A stretch of 45,418 bases of DNA from Bigelowiella natans CCMP2755. Lineage: Eukaryota > Protista > Cercozoa. Location of the stretch: NCBI GenBank assembly GCA_000320545.1, contig ADNK01000258.1:1-45418 (forward strand), in the 5' to 3' direction. Positions 12,906-26,250 of this stretch are shown one piece after another. Numbering within the stretch: the stretch's first letter is position 1; each line of letters opens with the position of its first letter. The position numbers and the translations under genes are program-made. The notes under the pieces are model-generated. The model did no database searches. It worked only from the letters and a program-made list of their open reading frames with translations, and was not told the DNA's origin.

Positions 12906-15900
12906 ATGGCCCCCACACCAACGCGGATGGTGTCTGCTTCGGAATTTCTAGTCGCAGTTGAGGATGCAATCAAGAGAAAAGGAAAACATGTAAAAGGAGG
13001 AAACCGTGAAAGACACCAGAAGGGGAATGTTAATCAAGGGAGAAAGATGATGTTTGTTCTCTGGGATGCAGAGTTGGACGGCAGGTGCTTCGTGTATGAT
13101 GATGACGGACAAGCAGGTTATTGCCAAATTGATGAGAGCACGTTTGACCTCTGGTTGCGCTGTCTAAGTAGCGCGGATGAATTTTCTTCTTCTAGGTTTG
13201 AATGATACAATATTATCATTGCTGAAGACAACATCAGACATTGTATCTTTTCCCGAGGAGAAATTCAAAGCGGGTGAGGACAAAACAAGTTACAGCAGAT
13301 AGCAGGGTAATACTGAAGCTAATATGTTTCGACACATCCTTTGTATTATACCCTTGTCCAGTCGCATCAACGATATCGTCGTCTTCGCCATTAAAGCCGT
13401 CGGAATCATTAACGCGAAGCCAACGCAAAAAACGATCGAGACAGCAGCACAACCCTACTCACGTCGCACGTCGCACAGTAGAGCGCCATAGGAAGCGTTA
13501 CAGCAATGAAAAGCGCCCAAAAGTCCCCCAAGTTACGAAAGCTCACATGCCCTCAAGAGAGGACATGGAAAAAATAGTTGCGAGGAAGGAACCGGTGTTA
13601 CTTTCAGGGTTGATAGATGAATGGCAGGCCATAAAAAAATGGTGAGGACGACTTCTTTTGAGTGCCACTCCTGCATTCTTTGATAGATATCTTTGCTTAC
13701 CATTGGCTTTTTAAAACCGTTTCCCCATGCTATGTATCCATGAAGGTGTTCCACAAAAGGCATCTTATCTTCTCTTTCTAAAGAAGATTCAGCCGCCCAC
13801 GTATCAGTACAACGCACACGAATCGGGTCTACATTCCGAGGAGATCTTGACAATCAAGCTATAACTCAAGTACCGCTCCAAGACTTCTTCAACACCATTC
13901 CTGGGAAAACAAACAGAAAAGCGTATATGAGTCAAGAAACTTCCCCCTCCAGCTCCTCTTCTCCTTCCTACTCTAGGGCGGTATCTTTGTACCTCGCTCA
14001 GTGTCCGATGTACTGTCGGGATCCCAAATCCGCCTCGGATCTTCCGCAAGCTTCAAGTCTTATGAAAGACATCCATGTTCCACACATAATTCACGAAGAA
14101 GACGTCAGCAATGTAAGTAGTCTTTGACAAATTATATTCCATGCTATTGTGGCATACATGACAGCACGAATACTATCACAGGTGAATTTATGGGTGAGCT
14201 CCGGACGCACGCGGTCAAATCTGCATTATGACGAGAACGACAATCTGCTTTGCCTAGTTTCAGGAACCAAGAATGTATATTGTTACTTCCCCCATTGATT
14301 TTTGTATGATTGTTTGTACTTATTGATAGAGACCGAGACATGTTCTTCATGCACACGCACCACTTATCGCAGACGTACACAGAGGAACTAGTGTGTATAT
14401 GTGTGTTTACTCATTTCAATGTTTGTATAATAAGATTAAACGCAAGTGTGTGTGTGTACTCTTATGTGCATGCTAGGTGACACTTCTCTCTCCATTGGCA
14501 ACTCGTTACTTACACCCGCGCCCTGTATGGTACATACCTGAAGAGAACCCACTCTCCGCAGTTGATTTGATGCATATAAATATTTAAATATATGTCATAT
14601 GCATGATGGTGATGATAGTTACATGTCGATCCTCGTTCTAATACTGCTATATTGCTGGAGATGAAAGGATCTTTAGTGCTAATTGCACATTTATTCAGGG
14701 ATAGCTCTGCCAATCACAGCAACGTTGGACTCGTAGTAGAAGGAGGAGGAGGAGTCCCAAAGGGCGAAGTGACAACCTCGTCGTCGTCATTGGCGCAACA
14801 ACAACTTCCAAAGGGCGCTCAAGATATGATGGTTCAAGTCAAGCTCCGCAGGGGACAATCCCTCTACATTCCTGAGGGTAGTCGATAGCACACAACAATT
14901 GATGTTTTCCTCCTCCCCCTCCTCCCCCTCCTCCTCCTACTCCTCACACGAAAATTGACTCGACCGATGATGAAAGGTTGGTGGCACTGCGTGGAGAGTG
15001 CAGAGAATGATGGTTCAGAGGGGCAAAAAGACGACGATTTCTGCACAATCGCAGTTAATATTTGGTTTAAAAGCAGCAGCAGCAGCAGCTTCCCGGTTGG
15101 GGTGTTTCCTGTCCATATGGAACCTTACTTCCTGAGACGCCTCTTCATATCTCAATTGAAACTTTCTAAGGAGATACAAGCACGCGAGATTGGTGAAAGA
15201 GGGATGATGATTATGGATGAAAATGTAAGGAAGGAACATCATCCTGACGGCAAGGGAGAATCAAAGAGGACAGCCAACCATGATGAGTTTCTTGAAAGAC
15301 TCCTGAGATCTTCCGGCAAAAAAGATTTGAATGTAACATTTGATTATTTATTCGTAAACTGCTGTATTGAACCATAAACTCATCGCTACTATTTGTGACG
15401 CAATTCTGTTTGTTAGGTGACTCGCTCTCGAATTGCAGCTTTGATAAGAGAGAGTCCCGATGACCTTATGGGAGCTATAGAGAATGGATTAAGATCTTGT
15501 CCCCATGAACAATGGGCGCGAGCCTTTTGGGAAGAATGGGATCCCGTCACAACTGAGATACTCATGTCGAAATTAGAGGTAGTAGTAGTAGTAGTAGTAG
15601 TAGTAGTAATAGAGTGTACTATATCCCTTATCGACGAAAAAATAAAAGCAAAAAGAGGATGCAAATATGTCAAAAATGTCATAAACATGTAGGCCTCTGA
15701 GTTGTCCATGTGCCGGGGTAACTTACGAAGAATAGCTGAATTTTACGACTTACTGTTCGGTGCATTCGCACAAAGCACCTCAGCGGGGGAGGAGTTCGGC
15801 CATAAAATGGAGAAAAAACAAATATCAGACGGCGGTGTCAGGAATGATGATGCACTGAGAGCGAAAGTTGGGGAAATGATTATTGAGAGATTGAAGATCT

Positions 15901-15956
15901 TCTCGCGTCACGCTTCTCAAAGAGTTCTTTCGGATATTATAGGCTTGCGTAGGTAA
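12906..15956 (+). CDS. JmjC/Cupin_8 2-oxoglutarate/Fe(II) oxygenase with N- and C-terminal extensions
   Basis: EPVLLSGLIDEWQAIKKW, LYLAQCP, VNLWV..RSNLHYDENDNLLCLVSGTK (HxD at 14224-14232) and LYIPEG|WWHCVES (distal His). Multi-exon; some boundaries approximate. Confidence 0.85.
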
Positions 15957-16019
15957 GCGCCTAACACGCTTCATCCATCCTAGCGTCTTCTTCGAGCAAA
16001 AAGCGAGAATAGAGATGTA

Positions 16020-16600
16020 CATCACGCGTGCCGCTCTGGGCGAGTATTCTAGTATTGCTGCTAGTCGTTAATGTCATGGCATTATTTTGTAGTGAACGAG
16101 CTGCGTTAGCTTGCATCTTTATGTACTAGCGTGCCCCGTGGATGCCCATAACAGCAACCACGTACGTACAGTTTGTGATGCTTGTCACAGCACGTACTAT
16201 ACGTCCGTAATTTACTAAACACATACATGGCAAGTCTGTCTAAGCAAGCTAGCACATAGCATGCTATATCGTAGATGGATATTCACATATTGACTAGTAG
16301 CTGGTGCATAGCAGGTGGCGCGTGCTAGCGTGGGCTGTAGCGCGATATAGTGATGCTAGCGATGGAATACCATTTGTGATACGATACATGCGTAGCCTAG
16401 CTAGCTAGTATAGATCTGTGATCAGCTGTAAGTCGCAGTATAATTCGTGCGGCCTATATGTCTAGATGTGCTGCATTAGCATGCTCCACATATTATATGT
16501 CAAGGTTGCAAGCTTGCCAGATGGCGACGTGTGATCACAGCGTCGTTCAGAGCATCGCGCTATGCAACATTTTCCCATGCGTAATCCGCACGTAGACTAT
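16020..16600. other. RY-alternating tract in the JmjC/EF-1alpha-like convergent spacer
   Basis: gctagcacatagcatgctata, cctagctagctagtatagatct, cacgtacgtac. Confidence 0.7.
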
Positions 16601-16621
16601 GATTTTCCCTCTGAAAACTGT

Positions 16622-18374
16622 TCATTTTGATTCATACTTAACAGATGTCACTGCACCTACTGAAACTATCGCCCCGTTACTCCTAATGGCAAACCTTCCC
16701 AAATGATTATACACATCGGACGTTTCCACGCATACTGGCTTCAGAGGTTTGAAAGTAACTTCACCGCGCTCAGAAGGCTTTAAAGACTGAACATAATAGA
16801 ATCAATAAATATCTAAAGTAAAAATCGTTTGCTTGCGTAACCTTAGGGTTTGAATATGAATCCTCAATCTCCTTGGTTCCTTTCTTTTGCTTATGTCTGA
16901 GAATTCATTTATTCTTACGCTTTCACAACTTTAATGGGGGATTCTGGTTTCTTGCCTGGCACGGATGCTCTGAAGTCGCACTGGAATGTGAGCACCATGG
17001 ATGTCCATCACATGCGAAGCTCCCTCACGGATATCGTAGGGTTGGTTCGTTACGAGTATCTGCATCAGTGGGAACGATTCAAACGCGCCTTCTTTCAATC
17101 ATTCGGTGGTGTTGCAACTAATACCTGAGCTTCAAAGCTAACTGTCGTCTTAGGCGAATTCTTTTCTTCTAAACCCATGATAAACCCACACTTCAGATCT
17201 CTGACTGCTATGCCTTTCAAGCCCACTCCGACAAGGTCTCCAGGATTTGCAGTTTTTTCATCCTTATAATGTTGCTGGATTGAATTAACAATCCCTCGCA
17301 TACCGCCAGGAGACACAACTACATTTTGCCCCACCCTCAGCTGCCCAGCCTCCACCCTTCCTATTGCGATAGTGCCTGATTGATAGCTCCGAAACGACTT
17401 TAATACTATAAATCGAAGTGGCTTTTTTATGCTTTCAGGACCTAGTCGTTTCGGACTCCCACGAAGAGCAGCAATAGCCGCTACTAATGTATCACCATTC
17501 CACCACGACATGGGGCTATTGTGATTTTTAAAGCTACAAACATTGCATCCCGTCTTGGCAGACACCGGTACAACCGCAATACTTCTTCCAGATCGACGTC
17601 GAATTCTGGACTCAAAGAAGTTTCGCACAAACTTCTCAATTTGGTCAAAGCGTTCCTTCGAGTATAGGACGCGTTGGTGGTCCATCCTGCAAATAAAAAT
17701 GCTCTTCGTTTAAAATTTAAATTTTTAACAGAGGAAAAAAAACGAGTACTTGTTAACAGCAACAACGAAGGACTTGATTCCTGCGGTCATAGCTGCCATT
17801 GCGTATTGTCGAAATTGGTCGAGGCATCCTTCATATTCTCCCTGAAAGCGATAGGTATGTGAAATATTTCTTATAGGGATCTGTCGATGGTGAGGGGTGG
17901 ATAAAAATACCGGTACAGCCGACAATACAACCACTGCTGAATCCGTGAATGCGCATGCTTGGTGTACGCGTTTTTCACTGTGCGATCCACCCGGTGAGTC
18001 TATAATCGTGAAACGACGAAGTTCCTTTACATCCTTGGACTTCAAATGCGCTTGCATTTGTGATTCCTCGTCAAGGTTCAGCCCCCATATACTATTTTCC
18101 ATAGAATGACCTCGCTCTCTTTCTATTCTCTGTTGGTCAAGGATCCAGGACATCCATTCCTCCTGAGACCATAAGTTTTCATCACAATTTTGGTTGAAGT
18201 TCTAAGTTTTTGTGGTCTAACCTTTCCATAATGGGAAGCCTGGGTTCTATATTGCTTTTCAATTTCCTTGTCAATTCCTTTATATGTTAAGATAAATCTT
18301 CCACAGAGGGTTGACTTCCCAGATGAAACAGGTCCGATAACTCCAATGCTTAAATGGGATGGAGGCTCCCCCAT
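16622..18374 (-). CDS. Highly divergent EF-1alpha-like translational GTPase (all three domains)
   Basis: HLSIGVIGPVSSGKST, WILD..ERERGHSM, FTIIDSPGG, VAVNK|MD, VPVSAKTG, domain II KPLRF..GRVEAG..PGDLVG and domain III FEAQ|ILV..KPVCVE..LGRFAIR..VSVGAVTSV. Stop TGA at 16622-16624. Upstream exons cannot be excluded. Confidence 0.88.
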
Positions 18375-19935
18375 GTCCTACTAGTTATGATGTTTGAGTT
18401 TCAAATTATTTTGAAGGCCTGCCCTTGCCGGTACTGTGAGCAATCCCACCTTTTAAAGTGAAAGACATGCGAATTCATATCTACGACAAGGTACAAGATT
18501 AAACCCGGCATTTAGGCGTTGGAGTTGTACCAGTGTGATCTCTAAAAAGTATCCTAGATCAAGCGAAAGTGTGGGAAAACGTAGGTCAACATGTGATAAT
18601 GCAAAAGACCAACGATTTACTTCTTTTTTGCTTAGGTTGCGCATCAATTTTTAGGCGCGACAATTAGATCTAATCTGTGTGTCATACTTAAGATTGCCAT
18701 GCTCCAGGAAAAATATCTGTAAGTTACATTAGGAAATACAGCCTAAAAAAAATATGTTGATATGAAGTCCAAATAATTTCTCGGAAAATCAGCACTAAAA
18801 AAGTACCCCCCATGTTTGATCTTCCAGAAAATAACCTAGCTCGATTAGAAACAGCAAGTAAGTGAAATGACAGTAAAACCTGTTTTGCAGGTACAGAATT
18901 GCACAATTTATACATCAGAAAACAAAATTTAATTCAAAAACTCAAGAGGTAATTACCCTTTCTTGGTAGGGGGGGTGCACTTCCAATCCTTCAACATTCG
19001 GGTAAAATCACCAGAAAACGGACACGAATTTCCGTATCTGTCGATATTTGATCAAAAGTACCTCCACAACCTGCCAGCCGAAAGTGACTTGAAAGCCTTT
19101 TGCGGTGGTACTAAATCTAATCTGGATGGATAAAACACACACCAGCTGCTCACCTCTCTTTTGTGTAGCGAGAATAAAGTAACATTGCATCCAAATGTCG
19201 CATCATTGTGGTACAAAATGTGCTATTTTAACAAATCTTAGCAACATAGAAGACAAGTGAAGTCTATTGTCTGCCACCTGATGTTTTCGGGAGCATTTCG
19301 TTCCAATTGAGAGTAACTCTCTTATCTCTGTCTTACACTTCATTTAAAACTATTTCTTGTCATAAATTTGTGCTTATTTTGTACCATATAATTTCATTTT
19401 TGTCATAGATACTCTCTTCAAAGTATCTTGTGATGGCTTCTTCCTAATTTTTGAAGTAACTTTCTTCATTAACCCCGACCACAGTTTTCCAGATTCTCTC
19501 TCTTTCCCAGCTAATAACAGTGTTTTTTTGTACTACGTCGAAGCTTTAAATCGTAATTTGACATTGTTGCGATCCAACACTTTAACTTTGGTTTACTTGG
19601 AAGCCCAGACCTGCTTTCTAAATGTAGCAAATTCCGAACTCAATAAATGTATAAAATAAAATGCATTTGTTGATAAAAGTCTGTATAAATTGTGAAAATC
19701 CTTGAATTACAAGCAATATTTAGGAGACGCTTTATTTATTTATAGCTGAATTTCGGGTCTCAAACTCTCTCCCTTTCTCTCTTTCTTCTCCCTAAAGTTT
19801 CTGTCTCTGCACTTAACCCAGACATTCCAGAGAGGGTAACCTTGACCACGAAGGAAAGAATTGAACGAACCAGGCAGGCAGATACATAGGACGGCCGCAA
19901 CAGCGATGATATCAACAGACAAGACATCTCAACAA

Positions 19936-21759
19936 ATGGCAGACTCGTTCCCGACGAACAAAATTCAAATCGTATGGATTCCGCGCGGAGGAGTTTTCTG
20001 GCCTGCAGAATTGACGGTACCTTTCAGCTTCTAGCAGGTGTTTCCGCCTGATCTCACCATCCTTCTTTCTTAGGATACCTCATCTCGTTCTGGCAGTATT
20101 TGTGTGTACCTGGGAGCCAGCCCTGCACGGTGATAAAATTAGCTGAATTGTTGTACTGAGGCTGACAAGTAATTACTCTGTCGTAGGATAATGATGCCAG
20201 ACGAGGACAAAGCCCTACCCTTTGGTGAAAATCTTGAACGTTACTGGAATCAGAGCTTCGAGCCTGACTTCGTCGATGCTGTCCTCGAAGGAATTCGAAT
20301 TTCAGGAGAAGGTACTTGATCCATCAGTCGTTTTGAAGTAGAATTTGACAGAGGTTATCTTAGGCCAGGAAATTGGACGACATCTAATTCGAAGAAGATC
20401 AGAAGAGGAAAGCAGCTTTGAAAGTGAGAGTGAGTCTAAAAGCGATAATGCTGTCGATGACAACACCATAATAGCACTGGGAACGAGGATTCGCATTAGA
20501 GCAGCAGATGCTATTCATCCGAAGCTTCAGGTCTACGCAAAGACCGAAGCTGTCATCATTGAACCTCCAAGGAATCCCGATTCTTGGTATTGCGTCCAAT
20601 TGAATGATGGAAACATTGTCAAGATTCGTCGATCAGCATTTCAAACTCTCGATATTCACAAGTAAGGCGACTTCCTGCACAACTTTTAGTCTTAGTGAAC
20701 TTCGACTTACAGCAGTTTCTTTATGTACTTCACAGAGGTGGAATTCCTAATATTGAAGTGAGGTCATCAGCTCCTTCGGATCGAGACCGCAAGCGAAGGT
20801 TATCTCAACGTCCTTCGCTCTATCGGAGAAATGCTCCACGCGAATCTAAGCTAAAACGCAAGATGGTCTCCGTTGAGGTTTCAGATTCACCTAAACGTCG
20901 CAAGCATCAAGGAAAATCTCGTGGAGCTAAGAGCAATTTAGTTGGAAAGCACGTTGTTATCGAGTGTGGTCGATATAAAGGTGAGACCGGGCATGTAATT
21001 CGAGGTGGGAATGGATACTACTGCGTTCAATTAGAAGGTAGGAACTCGGCTGGTGGCAACGTCATGAAGCGCAGCTCTGATCTTCGACCGATTCCATTCC
21101 CAGCATCTGATTCCGATGCAAATCGAAAGAGTACAAAATTGCCATATCGTCTTTCCAAAGGCCAGGGCCAAGATACAGATGCTAGCTCGCCTTCTAGCAA
21201 AACCGAATCTTGGGTAAATCGAAAAGTTTACGTTCGAGCTGGGAAACATCAAGGGAAAACGGGGATTGTCAGACGGTCGGGGCATGGATTCTATTGCGTG
21301 AGCATTAAAGCTGTCGGGGATGTCATGAAGAGAGCCTCTGATCTGAAACTCTACGAAGAAGGCAAAAAACAAAGCCGAGATGAATTTGATGTAACCCTGA
21401 AGAGTGCAGCCTCTATTTTGATGGATATGATGGCTGTCGCGGACTCAGAAGATCATGAAGCGGAAGTTTCAGACGAGAATTGTACTCAGACCATCTCTTC
21501 TGTCCCTTCTGTCCCAGTGGTCAAATCAAAGAATGCGTCCGAAAATCTACCCGAAGTTGAACTGAAAACTCCAATTCTACGAGCAACTGATCAGCGCGAT
21601 GTTCTGAACTGGAGTTATGCAAATCGTACACAAGCCCTCAGCAACAACTCGAAAGCTGACGCCGAAAATAAGATACATTCAGTTCAGCTTCCACAAGCCA
21701 CGGGAAAACATACTATCGACACATTTAATGTCCAGCATTCATTGTCGACGTATTGGTAG
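19936..21759 (+). CDS. Hypothetical protein with N-terminal PWWP-like domain and KOW/SH3-like repeats, 5 exons
   Basis: IVWIPRGGVFWPAE..LPFGENL..FVDAVLEG resembles a PWWP fold. Two clear KOW-like repeats (VVIECGRYKGETGHV..GNGYYCV..VMKRSSDL; VYVRAGKHQGKTGIV..GHGFYCV..VMKRASDL) and a weaker third (GTRIRI..WYCVQL..VKIRRS). Confidence 0.75.
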
Positions 21760-22374
21760 GCGCCATCAACTCTTTACCTACAGCAGAGTTGATTCAAGCA
21801 GCCATTGTATATTCTTGTCTGAAAGTCTAGTTAGACAAGTCAAGTCAATAAGTCTACATAGAAAAAATTATGAACTTAAAAATATTGCATATACATTCGA
21901 GATAATTCGCAGAAATCGTCTTCTTGTTCAGTGAGATCGAGCACATAAGTAGTCGTTGTTCAGTGTAAGATATGTCCAGTTTGCTTCTACGAATTAAGTT
22001 TCCAGATTCATATAAATTATTAAACCACCAGTTTCAATATTCACGAGCACAAAAATACTGATCCAATGTCATAACGGCCGATTTTTGTTTATATCGACGA
22101 CGATGTAATTTTGGCCGAAGGACTAATTGCCCACGATAATCTAGTTGTCCCATGATGTAAGGGGCAGTCGACTTCAACTCATTCGACATTGGGAAGAGAG
22201 AGCGTAGGCAATGGTGATGTTAATTCGGTAGCACTTCACACTCAACTCCATCTTCACTGGTATTGTGTGATGCAAAAGTTGAGAATGCTGCCGCATTATC
22301 ACCTTGAATATATGTTCGTCATCTTTGAAGTATTATGTAGATAAAATTTTCTCTTCGTGGTTTGCTACGTTTTA

Positions 22375-22990
22375 TTATGCACATGTTTATTGGATATTGG
22401 ATTGTTAGCTCAGCTGTCTGGTGCATGCACACACGTCAAGACGTGTGATCCATCTAGCTAGCATCGCAGCGCATATAGCTAGATGCTATCTAGCTCTAGA
22501 GCTATCTGTCTATCTAGCTATCTCTATGTCCATAACATCACGTCTGTCCCAAACCCTGGCAGCTGCAATTAGCTAGTCAGCCCAATGCCGACGCATGAGC
22601 AATCGACAGTCGCAGGCACAACAAAGGCTCTAGCTAGCTAGGGCTTCATTTTAGCGCAGCCAAATAAACGTACACTACTAATAATCAACAATATGCCGTC
22701 CAATCTTGCTAGCTAGCAATGCAACGCACGCCATAGCTGCAGCGCGCGCGTTGTGTGCGGAGCAAGTGGTGATGTGAAATTAGCTTGGAAATATTCATCA
22801 AACTAGACCCATCTAGCCATCTTATAGCCATCTCTGTGATGCTTGAAGCATTTTTTGTAAAAACAGTTGAGATGTTACCTATGTATTGCGGCGCATGCCT
22901 AGCAGTTATATGCACATTCTGTAAAGTATCATAGCATGTCTGGAGATGACGTAACGGCTCAGGCTTCAATGTGTATCAGATCGCATACGT
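22375..22990. other. RY-alternating tract in the PWWP-KOW/MKT1 convergent spacer
   Basis: Multiple tagctagc; perfect 10-bp stem catctagcta (22451-22460) / tagctagatg (22476-22485). Confidence 0.7.
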
Positions 22991-22992
22991 TC

Positions 22993-24056
22993 CTAACTGT
23001 TTATTCCTTCACATAAACTACGTAAAATCTTCGCAGCTTCTGCTATCAACGAGGGAGCCGCAACTGGACTTGAAGAATCATTCTGCCTTTTATCTTCTTC
23101 CTTTTCTTCCTTCACTTTTTCTACATATTCATGAGTGCAGTGTTCTCCGTGAGCATGGGAGTGCGACGTCGTTTTTTCGTGGATTATTTTCCGATCGTCC
23201 GGGGCAGCATGTGATTCTTGAAGAGATGGCCCAGAGAGGTATCTTCGGGCAACATTGAAAAATAAACCTGGTAAAATCCAAAATGGAACAAGATATACAA
23301 TCATTTTTTGCGGAAGAAACATATAAAATTACAGAAAATGGCGGTTGCTAGTCCTCATCAACCTATATTGTTCGATAGAGTTGGAAGTCCTTTTGCAAGT
23401 GCTGGCAATGCTTTTTGGGCCTCAGAAATGGTTTCTGTTCGTGAAGAAAGGTTCCAGGAAACTTCCAGTGCCTGCATGTAAAACAGCGACGCAAATTGAG
23501 AGGAGGAGAGCTGCTACATTAAACCGTCCTTTTCACATGACTGTTTCTTCTTATTTCTCGTAGTTTGGCGAAATAGAACACATCCTCACTGCCGTACTAC
23601 CGTTTTGACAAAGATTCCACCGAAAGCTTGTGGGGGATTTTTGAAGGGAAGTAATGATGAGATGGCCTCAACTCGTGAGGCACTCATTTGACCACTTCTT
23701 AGCCCCCCCGAAGTATGATGGAAATCACCTACAAGTTTGTCGGTGTGATGGTTTATTTGACTCAAAGAGGAAAATTAAAGTAGAGATTGTACATGCTAGC
23801 TGCGCAATCAAGGCGTTCTGGGTGACAATCTGGCAAGTATTCCATGCCATCTCCAGCATTTCTCTATCAACAAAAGACAAATTAAACGATGGAAGTGATG
23901 ATCATCACCGAGAAGCAAGATTTTTGCCTATATGAAACTGCAGCTACTAACATTTGACACGATATCCAAACGAAATTATGCCCTTGTTATAAGTTAAAAC
24001 CCGGATGATTGTTATTCGTATAGCACAGAAAAAAGAAATTTCTTTCAAATACGGGT

Positions 24057-24088
<32 letters not shown>

Positions 24089-24548
24089 TATTTCGACCTA
24101 AAAGCAGCCAATTCTCTATCAACGGGGCCTCGCCAACCACTTCTCCCTCCTTTGCTGCTGCCAAGCTTTTCGTCGTTGACTTGGCATTGGACGAACGATG
24201 CTAATCGTGAAGCAAGACGCAATCCTTTCGATTCCCTAGTAGTTTCATCGGAGATGCAATTTGTTTCAGTATAAGCAATAAATAGAACCGCAAATAGGAC
24301 AATAAATAGAATGAGCACACTTTATCATTCAGCAATAACATAATTATTAATTTTAGATGCAGCAGCAGCAGCATCACTGTTGTATAAACACTATTCGCCA
24401 TATGATCTAACTCTTCTTCTTCTTCTTCTTCTTCTCTTCTTCGTCTTCTTTTTCTTTCCATCACAGACAAAGCATGCTTACTGTCTAGTCTTGGAGTCGA
24501 AGAATATCTTTTGGGTCCTTCCCGGAGCAACCTTTGCACGAAAGTAGC

Positions 24549-24583
<35 letters not shown>

Positions 24584-25336
24584 GAATAATAGTAAGCAGC
24601 ACAAAATATAATTGACCGATTCAGACACAACAACAACAACAACAACAACAACAAATCACCACCCAACCGGTATACCCCTCTCCTCGAAGCGAATGTTTGA
24701 TAAAATGTATCTACGTCGCCCTTATTACATTTATGCAGCCAAGCTGTTGTGTGGTGGTGGTGGTGATGATGGTAATGGGGTTGTTTGTCTTCTTCTTATT
24801 ATTATTATCATCATACTGTGGTTGGCAAGAAAACCATCCTATTACCAATGTAATTGGGCTGCCATGGATGCATCCAGCCTGGCAGTAGAGACGTATTATA
24901 TCAATAATTGATAAGACAACAATGGCACCGTAGTACTACTATCGGATAAAGAACTACCAACCTTGTCCAGAATGGAAAGCACAAGAAGATTCTCTAAATG
25001 ACAGCTGCTGAGCTGTTTCCTTAGTCTCTTAGAATTATCATCGTGGTCCTCATTGTCCTTCTGCTTCTCGTACCCTTTCACTAAGCATGCGGCAATGCGC
25101 TCCCCAAGCTCAGTAACACGCCCAGCCGTATCGATGACGCCGAATACCTGCATGGTGCTCATTTAGCTTTCAAACATCTCCATGTGTTTGAGAAGTAGGG
25201 ATATGACGACGAAAACGACGACGATGATGATGATGATGATGATGATGATCACAATGGTCTTAAGGCAGATGCTGATGTTTCACCACTTAACAGCAGGGAA
25301 AGATCGAATGGACTTATAATGTGTGAAGAGGGGGGA

Positions 25337-25379
<43 letters not shown>

Positions 25380-25616
25380 GCTAAATACACCACCTTGAAA
25401 AGTTTGAGTTTGACAGCCTTAATGAATGCCGCTACTACCACTCTGTTGTCTTTATCGTTGTTCGTTTCTTTGTTCCCCCTCGCACCCTCATCATCATCAG
25501 CGTGAGCAGCATCAGCATCATCCCAAACGCTCAACAACGTGGTCAAACACAGGGAATCTGCAGCAGAAGAAGATATGGACGATGAAGGCAACGACAAGAA
25601 TTCATTCTCATCACTC

Positions 25617-25649
<33 letters not shown>

Positions 25650-25691
25650 CGAAGAGCGATTAAGCTCGGCGTTGTGGGGGCAAACCTAAAC

Positions 25692-25726
<35 letters not shown>

Positions 25727-26210
25727 GATGATGACGATGATGACGATGAAAACGATGATAATGCGTAGCAGCTAGGGAGGAGTAGAAACTAGACAGCAGA
25801 CTACTCGATTAGTTGATTTAAGGGAAGATCATCACCACGAACGAAATGCTATCGATTTCGCGTAATTCTTAACGTCGTCTTCGCTTTGAGTAGCCCCATT
25901 GCCCTGTTGAATCTTGAGCAATGCCAACATCCCATTGCACCCCATCGAGTATCCCTCCATTCGAATCCTGGTAATAAGAAGTAGCAGAGCAATGTTTTGA
26001 GAGATGAATCATCAATCGTTGGGTACTCGTTGAGTTTCATCTTTTACGAGAGGCAGAAGAGCTGAGTATATGCTGATAATTAGGCCTCTGCATCATCATC
26101 ATCATCATCACTATCATTTGTTTGTCATTTGCTTGTTCTTCCGATGATATCGTTTCTCTTTTATGTCTTCTTTTGGAATCTTGTCTTCCCCCGCTCGCCT
26201 AGAAGTCACG

Positions 26211-26250
<40 letters not shown>

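Noticed and set aside
16839-16850. Telomere-like TTAGGG (also ccctaaccct at ~32284)
   Set aside because: Only one or two units, lying at an exon boundary or in an intron; expected by chance.
18400-19900. Possible extra gene or N-terminal exons in the longest divergent spacer
   Set aside because: The frames I checked were interrupted by stops and showed no recognisable motif.
21900-22330. Possible small minus-strand exons downstream of the PWWP-KOW gene
   Set aside because: Short open frames without a motif or convincing gene structure; treated as UTR/intergenic, but worth an RNA-seq check.
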